A stretch of DNA of 63,748 bases, counting the filler, from Octopus bimaculoides (taxonomy: Eukaryota), in the NCBI RefSeq assembly GCF_001194135.2. It is 4 parts of 4 records of this genome, joined end to end, with 100 filler letters (N's around TTAATTAATTAA, not from the genome) between each part and the next. Parts side by side here need not be neighbours in the genome. Positions count along the whole stretch, not along the records: positions 32,149 to 63,748 come from NC_068982.1; 3 more parts are not named here. The stretch is one strand, 5' to 3'. A model generated the notes under the pieces. That model was not told where the DNA came from and made no database searches. It saw only the letters and a program-made list of their open reading frames with translations. Numbering within the stretch: the first letter of the stretch is position 1; each line of letters begins with the position of its first letter. A program made the translations under genes and the position numbers. Shown piece by piece: positions 51,598 to 63,722 of this stretch.

Positions 51598-51945
51598 TTT
51601 TGTTTCAGTCATTTGACTGCGGCTATGCTGGTGCACCGCCTTTAGTCGAACAAATCGACCCCAGGACTTATTCTTTATAAGCCTAGTACTTATTCTATCG
51701 GTCTGTTTTGCCGAACCACTAAGTTACGCGAACGTAAACACACCAACATCGGTTGTCAATCGATGGTGAGGGACAAACACAGACACACATACATATACAA
51801 ATACACACACACACTCACACGCACACATATATATTTATACATATATATGTCGGACTTCTTTTAGTTTCCTTCTACTAAATCCACTCATAAGGCTTTGGTC
51901 ACCCCGTGGTTATAGTAGAAGACACTTGCCCAAGTGCCCAAGGTG
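51598..51945 (-). mobile_element. SINE family B, near full length, with internal microsatellite (51781-51848)
   Basis: The 3' half and 5' half are both present on either side of a CA/TA tract. Confidence 0.9.
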
Positions 51946-52148
51946 CTTAAATGATAAGTAGTAAATAGATAATATGGCGGTTGTTTCAATATAAATCTGC
52001 TCTATAGAAAATGCGTAATTATTAACTTATTGAAATGAATAGAATCTTGCTATAGAAAACTTAATATATTTGAAAAAGAAGTCGCTTTGTTAAACTGACA
52101 TAACCATAGTAGCATATATTACATAAAAAAAAGCTTTAAGCGGTGTGA

Positions 52149-52424
52149 AGGCGCGTGACTCCGTGGTTAGGGGTATTCGACTCACAATTGTAAGGCCGTG
52201 GAGTTGATTCCTGACGGCTCGTTGTGTCATTGGGGAAGACTTTTATGTCACGTACTCCAGTTGACTCAGCCTTGTCACATTCTGTGTTCTGCTGAATCTC
52301 TCTGAGAACTACGTTAAGAGTGCCTGTACTTGTGGGATACTCATCCACTTGCATGTTAATTTCATGAGCAGGCTGTTCCGTTGATCGGATCAACTGGAAC
52401 ACTCGTCGTAACAGACGGCGTGTC
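52149..52424 (+). mobile_element. tRNA-derived SINE family C (short central domain)
   Basis: ggcgcgtgactccgtggttagg (A box), gagttgattcc (B box), tail gaactacgttaag...gttccgttgatcggatcaactggaac. Confidence 0.85.
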
Positions 52425-54399
52425 AGTTTTAATTAATACCACAATGGTGCAATGATTTATGGGTCCCACACAGAGCCAGTACCTATTTTCCCTTGATACT
52501 TAGATTATTTAATCCTCTGTTATATTTCTGCCCTAAAGATAAATGTTTTCATAGGGGGGAAAATAGCTTAGCATCTACCAATTTTGAATAGAATATATTG
52601 ATTATTTTTAATTAGTTAAAACTAATCAATATATTTGATTCAAAATTCTTAGATATTAATTTATTTTTCCATTAGAAACTTCTATACTAGCTTTGTAATT
52701 CGAAAGGCTACTCGTGAAGCTCATCAACTCTGGAATATAGGCAGTTATTTATATAAGGCAAAGTTTGAACATAACATACTTAGGGATATTTAATCGTCCA
52801 TTCTACTGTCTAATATTCTCTCTAACTTCATAGCCCTTATTGTGTATTGAAGATATTTTATTACCATTGAGATTGAGCTGTCTTATTGCTTTTTTAAAGT
52901 AAAACACAAATAAATGAATCATGAAGAAAATAAAACAATTATCTCTAATCAACTTTCAAACGAAGTACAAAATTGGCAGTGTTGTTATATTTTCTCTCAC
53001 TAAAAGTCAGGACTAATTTTCGTCGATATGTTCAAATAACGATCTGAAAGTTTTATTGTCAATGTTCAGGATTTTCCTTGGCAAAACGTTTTCTTTTAGT
53101 CGGGCAATAGTATGCTAGGTTCACCATTAAATTGGCATTCGTGATATGGTAGTATATGTCTATGTGCGTGTGTAACTTTTTATTTGTTGAAATGTGTGTA
53201 GGTAGGCATGTGAGAATTTATGTGGCATAGATTGTGACAGCAGGCTATAATTTACTTTTTAATATGCCAATATTTGTCTGTGGTTTAGGATTAATTTGCA
53301 GAAAGAGTGTTATCAGCAGATCATTTGGACATTAAGAACATATAATACTTTTTATTTTACTGAAAAATCCTCTGTTCCTCCTCCTCCTCTTCATCATCAT
53401 GTTCTTCTTCTGTTTCTTCTTCGTATTATTTTAAACAACTTCAGTTGAAAATGATACTTAATAGAATTCTAAAATGGGTAGACATGAAAAAATAATTTGG
53501 GTTCTTATATATATATATATATANNNNNNNNNNNNNNNNNNNNNNNNNNNNNNNNNNNNNNNNNNNNNNNNNNNNNNNNNNNNNNNNNNNNNNNNNNNNN
53601 NNNNNNNNNNNNNNNNNNNNNNNNNNNNNNNNNNNNNNNNNNNNNNNNNNNNNNNNNNNNNNNNNNNNNNNNNNNNNNNNNNNNNNNNNNNNNNNNNNNN
53701 NNNNNNNNNNNNNNNNNNNNNNNNNNNNNNNNNNNNNNNNNNNNNNNNNNNNNNNNNNNNNNNNNNNNNNNNNNNNNNNNNNNNNNNNNNATATATATAT
53801 ATATATATATACATACACACACATACATGCATACATATACATACATTCCTGTATCTGTGTGTCTGCATATGCGTGCGTGTATGTGTGCATGTATGAATGC
53901 GCTTGTACGAGCCTTTACTGGAAGCTATGATTAAAGAATAATATACTTAGAGCAATTCTGAAATGGGCAGACATGAAAAACGTTTGTCAGTTTTTAGTGT
54001 TCTCGATTTCACTGTACAATATGTGTGTATGTGTGTGCGTGCGCGTGCGTTCTTACGTGCGTGTGTATGTATGTGTGGGTGTGTGTGTATGTGTGTGCGT
54101 GGGTGGGTGTGATTGTGCACATGTATGTCTGTACATGTATGTATGAGTTGAAAGCAATGGTTACTCAGTGGAGTGTCCCGGTTTCGTCTTCCGATATTTT
54201 TCTAACACTGTTATTTTGGAGTAAATGAGGAAGAAGTGTTGGTCTGTTCCAGCAAATAGGCATAATTTTCAGGTAATATCAACAAATATATAGCAATGTA
54301 GTGCTTTGTAAACTGTTGATTATTCAAGTTTGTAATACTTTTTATCGTTAGAAATAAACTCTCTTGTTTTCTCATCCATACATACACACGCGTAATCAT

Positions 54400-54790
54400 T
54401 TGTTGTTGTTGGCACTCCGTTGCTTACAACGTCGAGAGTTCCAGTTGGTCCGATCAACGGAACAGTCTGCTCGTGAAATTAACGTGCAAGTGGCTGAGCA
54501 CTCCACACACACACACGTGTACCCTTAACGTAGTTCTCGGGGATATTCAGCGTGACACAGTGTGACAAGGCTGACCCTTTGAATTACAGGCACAACAGAA
54601 ACACGAAGAAAGAGTGAGAGAAAGTTGTGGTGAAAGAGTACAGCGGGGTTCGCCACCATCCCCTGCCGGAGCTTCGTGGAGGTTTAGGTGTTTTCGCTCA
54701 ATAAACACTCACAGCGCCCGGTTTGAGAATCGAAACCGCGATCCTATGACCACGAGTCCGCTGCCCTAACCACTGGACAATTGCGCCTCC
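54400..54790 (-). mobile_element. tRNA-derived SINE sharing the family C tail but with a different centre; (CAA)n tail
   Basis: Revcomp ggaggcgcaattgtccagtggttaggg...ggtttcgattc. The last 160 bp or so are homologous to 52267-52424. Confidence 0.85.
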
Positions 54791-54857
54791 ACCATTCACA
54801 TATACACGCGCAATTACACACACACAGACAAGCACATACACACACAGACACACACAA

Positions 54858-54910
<53 letters not shown>

Positions 54911-55267
54911 CACAAATGATCCCCTCATTACAAATGCTCAAGTTCAATATTTCTCTGTAGCTCTATAGACCGAAATACTAACACTGTTCTGTTCCAAATG
55001 TCTTACTGTTGTATGAAAAGTAGACTTATCAGTCTCACAGTATTCTTCTTTGGTAATTATGTTTTCCTTCATAAATAAGTAATCCCCGAAACGTCTCAAA
55101 GGTATAACGATGAAACAAATGGTAATGGTGATTGAAGTAAACCTAGCTCTATTAATTTGCGAAACAAAGTGAACAACGTCTCTGTGACGCAATCGATCAG
55201 TGCGTTCGGATGTTAACCGAAACGTTGATGGTTCCAGCCCACCCAGGAACGTTCTGAAAACTTCTTG

Positions 55268-55652
55268 AGGTATAGCTGTGTGGTAAGTAGTTAGCTTCCC
55301 AAACACATGGTTCCGGGTTCAGCCCCACTGTCGAACTTGGGCAAGTTTCTTATACTATGACCTCGGGCCGACCAAAATCGTGTGAGTGGACTTGGTTGAC
55401 GGAAACTGAAAGAAGCCTATTGCATATATATTTGTGTCACTGTGTCTGTACGTGTCCCCCAGCACCACTTGTCAACCGGTGGTGGTTTGTTTACTTCCCT
55501 CTAACTTAGTGGTTCGGCAAAGAGACCGATGGCATAAATAACAAGCTTAAAAGTAAGAACTAAGGTCGATTCGTCCGACTACAAAATTCTTCAAGACGGT
55601 GCCCCAGTATGGCTGCAGTATAATGATTGAAACAACTAAAGGATAAAAGATA
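55268..55652 (+). mobile_element. SINE family B, full length
   Basis: Head gctgtgtggtaag...ccgggttcagcccc, short TA/TG centre, tail ggtgccccagtatggctgcag...gattgaaaca. Confidence 0.9.
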
Positions 55653-55952
55653 ACCCTTTCTATTATAAGCACAAGGCTTGAAATTTAGGGGAGAGGACTA
55701 GTCGATTACATATTTATACACTTTATTCTCCTTGTCTATTTTCCTTCAAATATCTCTAATGCACATGATGGTGGTCCTATGAGTTAGTACCTATGTGTTA
55801 CTTTGATTAAATCATTTCATATTTATCATTTGACCCTTCTGTTCTCATAATTTTTACTGTCACTCTCTCTCTTCACAAAGACTTTACAAATCCTTCCTCT
55901 CAAAACGTCAACCCCCTTAAATTTCCTCCCATTCTGTTTTTGTATTTTACAG

Positions 55953-55980
55953 AATTGGAATTCCTGATGGTGAAGCATGA
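55953..55980 (+). CDS. Candidate terminal exon
   Basis: Strong acceptor ttctgtttttgtattttacag|; phase 2 gives IGIPDGEA*; AATAAA at 56064. Confidence 0.2.
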
Positions 55981-56666
55981 ACATAACACAAAGACTTTCG
56001 CTGCCTGAGAGTTACTACAAAACAATACATGATGCATTGTTCCACTTTTTCTTTTTTATTAGAAATAAAAATCTTTAGGACAATGCTATATTATAGTATG
56101 CCCTTCTAGCTATTTTGGGAGTAGTCAATTTACAATAATTGCTGCATATTTTTAAAAGGAAGAAGTGGGGAAAAGTTGAAGAATTACAAAAGAATCCAAA
56201 ATTTTCTCATTATTTTAGGCATGTAACGATAATCAAATGCATGTTGGCAAACTAAATACACTTCTGGAATTTTCTATTACAGTTTTAAATAAATAAAAAT
56301 AACTTCTAGAATGAAGGAAGGAAAAAAACATTAATTTAAACAACTTTTTCAATCTATTTCATAACAAGAATAGTAATGTTATTTGCGATCGGTTTATTAT
56401 TTTAAATCTTAACCAAATAAAATTGCTTGTGAAACAAACTTAGTTAACATCCAAATGATTTTGAAGACCGACAAATAAAAATCATTCTTCATTATTTATA
56501 CTTTTAACTTCAAATTTCATTCTGTTAATTATTATTTCTAAGTGTTTTTATTTGCACTTATTATGATTATATTGTATTCCGTATTCAATTATTATTTCTA
56601 AATCATTTGGCATAACTTTGTATGATCGTTTCAAGAGTAAAACAATTGCAGTGAATCATTAAAAAG

Positions 56667-56704
<38 letters not shown>

Positions 56705-57298
56705 ACACACACACACACACACACACANNNNNNNNNNNNNNNNNNNNNNNNNNNNNNNNNNNNNNNNNNNNNNNNNNNNNNNNNNNNNNNNNNNNNNNNN
56801 NNNNNNNNNNNNNNNNNNNNNNNNNNNNNNNNNNNNNNNNNNNNNNNNNNNNNNNNNNNNNNNNNNNNNNNNNNNNNNNNNNNNNNNNNNNNNNNNNNNN
56901 NNNNNNNNNNNNNNNNNNNNNNNNNNNNNNNNNNNNNNNNNNNNNNNNNNNNNNNNNNNNNNNNNNNNNNNNNNNNNNNNNNNNNNNNNNNNNNNNNNNN
57001 NNNNNNNNNNNNNNNNNNNNNNNNNNNNNNNNNNNNNNNNNNNNNNNNNNNNNNNNNNNNNNNNNNNNNNNNNNNNNNNNNNNNNNNNNNNNNNNNNNNN
57101 NNNNNNNNNNNNNNNNNNNNNNNNNNNNNNNNNNNNNNNNNNNNNNNNNNNNNNNNNNNNNNNNNNNNNNNNNNNNNNNNNNNNNNNNNNNNNNNNNNNN
57201 NNNNNNNNNNNNNNNNNNNNNNNNNNNNNNNNNNNNNNNNNNNNNNNNNNNNNNNNNNNNNNNNNNNNNNNNNNNNNNNNNNNNNNNNNNNNNNNNNN

Positions 57299-57337
<39 letters not shown>

Positions 57338-57339
<2 letters not shown>

Positions 57340-57490
57340 CGGGCTTCTTTCAGTTTCCCTCTACCAAATCCACCCACAAGGCTTTTGTGGGCCCGAGGCT
57401 ATAGTTGAAAACACTTGCTGAAGGTGCCACGCAGTGGGGCTGAACCCGGTACCATGTGATTAGTAAGCAAGCTACTAACCACACAGCCAA
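57338..57490 (-). mobile_element. SINE family B 5' half
   Basis: gacgggcttctttcagtttccctctacc...gtggggctgaacccggtacc...acacagcc, next to (TA)n and a gap. Confidence 0.85.
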
Positions 57491-58799
57491 TCATATATTT
57501 AAGGTTATATATGGAAGAAAAAATGGGAGATATATAAATATATGAAGGAAGACAAAAGGAAGGGAAAGCCGGCCATAAAATATATTAAGAAAAGAAAACT
57601 GAATTATTGTGGGATCATGTGTGTCATCATATTTGTCGTGGTCGTCTTCGTGATCGTCATCATCATCATCGTAACCAACACACCTTTAACGCTGTCATCA
57701 TTTTAATGACTCTCTTTTCCATGTTAAAACTTATTAGTAGAGTTAAAATTCAGCGAATGTTTAGCAGTATGAATAAAATAGCATTGAAATTCTGCTTAAA
57801 TGACATCTTAATGAGATTTTCTTTCAGAAACTGGAAATTCAGCTGGAATAGGGCGGTAAATGTGCAGCTTCTTCGTTTAGTAGACGAAAATAGAAACAAC
57901 GAAAAATATACTAAATAAAATACAAAATAGGACCAAAAAAAAAGAAAATAATAATAATGATAACGTTGACATCAACAATAGCAAAGACAACATCATTTAA
58001 GCAGTTTGAAACAAAATCGAAAAAAAAAGGAAATATTGAAAGTGAATAAAGAATGTTGGATAAAAAGGAAAAAAATATGCTGATAAAAAAAAAGAGAGAA
58101 AGAAATCATACAAAAGAATCAAGAAGTAAAAGAATTTTTGAATGAATCCTCCACCCCTTTTTCTGATTGGCTGGTTAATCAATCTACAGCAGTGAACATT
58201 AAGGGACAATAAATTTAAATGCATTGATTGATTTGGTTAATGTGTCTAATTGTATTTTCCTTCGTTGAAATATTCTTACTGATAATGACAAATATAACAT
58301 CATGCTGGGTACAATGTGGAAAGCTTAACAAAATTTTTTATTAATCCTTTTTTTCCTCTCAAATTTGTTCTTGCTAATTGTTTAAGAATGCCAATGAAAA
58401 TTCAGCAGTGGTAAGTGATAATAATAACAAAACAAATAAAATGAAATAATTCTAAACTAAAATATACAAAAAAAAAAAAAACTCACTCTGGTCAAGGAAA
58501 ATAGAAAAAAGAGTTTCGTCTTGTCAACAGTCTTCACCTAGATGCAACAATATTTTAATGCACAGCTAGAATTATAATAAATGAAATACATTTGCAAGTT
58601 CTAAATAATTTAACTCTAACAATTAAATCAGAATCAGCGAATAAATTGGAAGTAATATTTTAAAACCGATTTGAGAGAGGCTTTAAGAGGAAATTTCAGT
58701 TTATGAGGAATTTGTTTTGAAGGACCAGAAAGCATCAGCAATATCGTTTTCTATAGGTAGTCCAGTTTAGCTAGTTAGGTGGTGTACTGATATTTTGCG

Positions 58800-58852
58800 C
58801 GTCATCGTGGACGTCGTCTTCGTCGTCTCTGTCGTCAAATTCGTCGTCATCT

Positions 58853-58951
<99 letters not shown>

Positions 58952-58965
58952 TCATCATCATCATT
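58800..58965. repeat. (TCG)n microsatellite with degenerate flanks
   Basis: About 30 perfect TCG units at 58853-58950. Confidence 0.95.
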
Positions 58966-60560
58966 CTTCTCCGTCTGATTACATAGGACCAAGTATCCTC
59001 ATAATGGAAAACATGATAACCACGAATAGATAATGCTGATCAAATGCTTTCTTTGATCAGTGGTCTTTGTGTTATAGGTCTTCTGAAGTAGAGATAACTG
59101 AGACTACACAACAATGCCAACTTCGTATATGACTATGCATCTTTTAAACAGGAAAATAAGTCTAACTTTAACATGGAGACTTTATTGATCCTCTAATCGC
59201 TTCGATAAAGTCAACCTTTATAGAGTATATTTTGCCAGCCTAAGAAGAGACTTTAGGAACACGCCCACTCCTATGAAAAAAAAAAAAAACTTAAAAGAAA
59301 TAGAAAACCATTAAATCTGAAATATGCTACAGGAAGTGGCATCGACAGACTTTTTAAATAAAGGAACATAATTCTCATAATCAATGGCTGCTTGTGTTAT
59401 TAATACTAAAATATTGTTACATACACATTCTCCACACACATAATACAATCGGACACCTCTCATATTCATACCTATTCTTTCCTACACTCACAATCACATA
59501 CATACAAGCAAGAAACACGTCTTGAACACACTAAAAGCAAAGTATCTAACTGATAAATCAGGTCACAATCATTAACATACAAAAATATTGACTTATGTGT
59601 GAGTTGAGATTTCATTCTGGTTGGTTTTAGTAAAAAAAGATCTGAGTTGAGGGAGTAGATTTCTTTCAAAGCCACACAGTATAAAATAATATATAAAATG
59701 GAGATACGAAGTCAACGGACGGGGTATCGGATTAAATACCCTATAGTGCATAGTTACTACCCTTTACTTTCTGAATTTAAATGCTGTTGAGAGTATTCTT
59801 GGCTTTTGTCCAAGATATATAAAATAGGTAACATGAAATACTATGGTATTTAAATGAATATTCCCATCCTACACAAATGTTTCATCGTGTGCCAATATTA
59901 AAAATCGATATTTCATACCACATATTTGCACAGATATGTGCGAAGATGGGTCATAATAAATCCTTTAGGAATATTAAATTTGTATAACGTTTGCTCAATA
60001 TATCGTAGAATGAATGTGAAATGGTTAACTGAAAAGATATATTACACTTTTGGAAATATTGACTTTTGGAATTGTTACTTTTTAACATGTACGTCATCAT
60101 TATATAAACAAATCTTGATTAGAATCTGAAGTTATGGAAATACATTCTGCAAGCGATATATAGTTATACCACGAATCATATTAGTTATTCTCGCTTACAA
60201 GTCATCTATAGAACGAAGTTTAGTTGAATAACCAGTAGCTTTTAAATAATCTCATAAAATAAAGTTGAAGCAATTACAAATTTTTAAAAACATGAATAAA
60301 TATCCATTAAATAGTTTGACTGATGGCAATAAAAGAGATGCATCTAGCTTTTAAATGTTTTTGTTGTTGCTTTTACGGATGAATTCTATCAAATAGAGAA
60401 CCATAGTTAAAAAATGGAAAATTTATAATTTAGAATTACTCGTTGATTTTGCAATGACTGTATAATTAGATAAAATATACTTGTAACCAAAGCTGCAAAA
60501 CCAGTTGATATACCTGAGAGAAGAAAATCTAGTATATCTGTCATACAAACATACACATAC

Positions 60561-60917
60561 GTAGGCTTTCCTATCCGAGTGGTACCCGAGACCACATCCC
60601 TTTGTTAACGAGGTTTAAGTGTGTTACCGTTACACCAGCGAATTAGCCTTCCTGTTTCTGGTGCACCAGCATGACCGCAGCCACTTGGCTGAAACACATA
60701 AATAAATAAATAAATAAATAAATAAATACGCGCAATGAAAATTGGAAGTAAGGTAAAAAATGGATTTGAAGTAAGGTAACAAATAATAATATGCAATGAT
60801 CCCCCGACAGAAAAAAAAGTAGGCTTTCCTATCCGAGTGGTACCCGAGACCACATCCCTTTGTTAACGCGATTAAGTGTGTTACCGTTACACCAGCGAAT
60901 TAGCCTTCCTGTTTCTG
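60561..60917. repeat. 100-bp direct repeat (60561-60660; 60819-60917) enclosing a SINE/LINE-type tail
   Basis: Copies are identical except for acgaggtttaag vs acgcgattaag. The interval holds ggtgcaccagcatgaccgcag...gctgaaacac(ATAA)n. Confidence 0.9.
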
Positions 60918-62397
60918 AGAAATTTAAGAACTATATTAGTTCGTAGTTGTTTTTGTAAACGAACCTTCTATATGCTTTGGGTTTTGTTGCACAGTGCCGG
61001 GTTTTACATTCTTGTAAATAATAATAATAGTATTTATATAAGCCTAAATCTTATAGCGATCACCATGCAATGACTAAGAAAAATAGTCTCTTCCTCGGTG
61101 ATCGCTTTAGGCTTATATAAAACCATTATACATCTATACATACATGCACACACACACATATATGTACACATATACGCGTTCATTAGATACTTATATACAA
61201 GCAGGAGATATATGCACATATACATATAAATACATACCTATACATACATACATACATACCTATATACATACATACATATATATATATATATATTAAAGAC
61301 ATTTATATGATTTCTAACTTGCATAACTAGATATTAGGGTATATATTGTTTTATAATACATACATACATACATACATACATACATACATACATACATACA
61401 AACACACATATACCTGCATATACATCTACATACTTTCGCACATACATACATTTATAAATACATACTTTCATATACACAAGTACGTGTATGCATTATTTTA
61501 AATAAAAATTTTCTTGCTCTTTACTTTACCAGATGTAATAACTTGCCCTGAACTTTTCCAAGTGTAATAACTTGTCCTGTAATTTTCCAGTTTTATAATC
61601 TTAAGAATATTATTTTTCTTGCTCGCATTTTTACATGTAATCCATGTTTTTTCCAGGCTATGCTATTACGCTAATTAATAATGTGTCAAATGTGTCAAAT
61701 AGTGGTGTCGTTGATAATTCTTTCCTTATCCCAATGATGCCGGTGTCATATGTTAAAAGTCCTCTTATAGAACTATATTCATAAAAAATGTATAGAACTA
61801 TATTAACACCCTCAAATTTGAGAAACAAACACTCACAGCCTTTTTCCTTTAAAACTTCATTGCATGAGATTGATACCATGAAACTTCTCGAATTGAGCCT
61901 TATCATTTAAGTCTAACTAAAATATAGTTTGATTTTTAAAAGAGAAAAGATACTTATGCTTAAATTCAAATATTTACCTTATATTGTTTTCGTGATATTT
62001 TACCTCACAACTTTTTTGATATAAATTCTTGTTGCGCGAGGCCAAAACTATGAAATGCCTCATGCTTTCTTCTATCATTGAAGCTAAAATAAATGTATTT
62101 TGCTTTTAAAATAAGAAAGTTATTTAGATATAAACTTGATTGGTGGCGTTACTTACTCTCCGATAACGATACAACACATTTTGATGCAAACTTTTTCCTA
62201 CTGGACCAAATCTCAATTTTTTAATGCCAAAATGTAGCTAGGGACAAGTTCCCTTCAAAAATGTGAACGGTTTTCAATTTGGTTAAGAACTGAATTAGTG
62301 ACAAAGTCTGAAATATGCTGCGTGTGAGTAAATTGTGGACTTAAGAATATTATTCAACTACAGTAGTAATTGTATGATACATACATACATACATTCA

Positions 62398-62432
<35 letters not shown>

Positions 62433-62573
62433 TTACTTTTCGTAACGAGACAAATAAACCAAGGCTGTGTATAATACAGAACATTTATAAATAGGTATTA
62501 CAGCTGTTTCCGGGATATTTGTTATATCCCTTCATCGGATATATATGTATATATATACATACACACACAAACA

Positions 62574-62627
<54 letters not shown>

Positions 62628-62628
<1 letters not shown>

Positions 62629-62920
62629 TCGTGGTCTGATCAAAAGGTATCCGCACTGTTGCCAAACTAACGAAGCTAAGGCATGCAGAGTAAAGCCGCT
62701 TGGCACAGATTGACCTTAAAGTCTTCTGTGCATGCGCACTATATTTTAACGTTCTAGCTCATTCCCGCGATTTGCAGCGATGCTTAGAAGGAACGTGTGT
62801 AACGTTTGAGCGACGCGTTGATGATGACAGACAAAGTTGAGCGGAGAATCTGCATCAAATTTGGACAAAAGCTTGGCGATACCTGCTCAGAGGCCTACGT
62901 AAAATTTTCAAGAAAGTTTC
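62628..62920 (+). mobile_element. Mariner (irritans-like) 5' end with TIR
   Basis: TA-ctcgtggtctgatcaaaaggtatccg; MTDKVERRICIKFGQKLGDTCSEAY. Confidence 0.8.
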
Positions 62921-63425
62921 ATCGTTCTTCTCATAAACCAAGGAGATCTTGTGCAACAGAACACCGTGTGCCCTTCTGGTCAGCTGAAAGTAGTTTTGGC
63001 ACAAGCTTGGCAGAAACGGCTGTCATACCCAAATTTTCAGAGAAAATGGACTACTGAACTGTAACTAATCTGCATATCCTCTGATAACTCACGGATGGTG
63101 ATTCGACGATTTCACCTCAGCTTCACGCACATCTGCAAAGTTTTTCTCCGTTCTGCTGGTTGCAGTTCTCTCAGAACGTTCGTTAATGTCGACATTTTCG
63201 GCTATCTTTGAAACGTCTGAACCACTCGTACACTTGTGTGCGGCTCATACACCCCTGTCCATACACGTTCTGCGAGTTTGCATAGGGTTCTGAACAGGTA
63301 TCACCATGACAACTTTCTCTGTCATGCTCAATACGATGATCACACGCTACACACCTTTCTTCCAAGCACTGCTGTAAACAGCATAAGTGAGCTAGAACGT
63401 TAAAACGTAATGCGCATATACAACA
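62901..63425 (-). mobile_element. Mariner (irritans-like) 5' half, inverted relative to the adjacent copy
   Basis: VYGQGCMSRTQVYEWFRRFKD; RRITIRELSED; KNDETFLKI. Its upstream UTR is homologous to 62730-62830. Confidence 0.85.
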
Positions 63426-63722
63426 AAGGGATCTTTTTTAAAACGGGGGCCACATTTTTCATTAATGTTTTACGTAGTGTTTTTGGTACGGAAAGACTTT
63501 CAAACTTCGTATACTTATCTATTTTGTGTTATAGAACAGAAAAATATTTTTGTATTCGAATTTATTTCATGTAAAAAATTGTCTTATTTCGATAATTTCA
63601 ACCAATCACTGACAAGTATTCAGTTGTTTATATTTACTCCTTTGGCTGATTAAGCGATGTAAAGCGTATTTAATCTCCATACCTTCGTTTTATTGGCTTT
63701 TTTCATTTTAAATTTGCTTTAA

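Noticed and set aside
52149-55340. SINE heads as tRNA genes
   Set aside because: A and B boxes are present, but cloverleaves are incomplete and run into SINE bodies.
56610-56670. Minus-strand TTAATGA...T-GAAA-CGATC-ATA
   Set aside because: Three changes from the 6.5-kb core; too degenerate to call.
60561-60660. HDV-like ribozyme (GCGAA J4/2-like motif and AGGCU/AGCCU pairing)
   Set aside because: No P1 partner and no P1.1 GG could be placed, so the nested double pseudoknot does not form.
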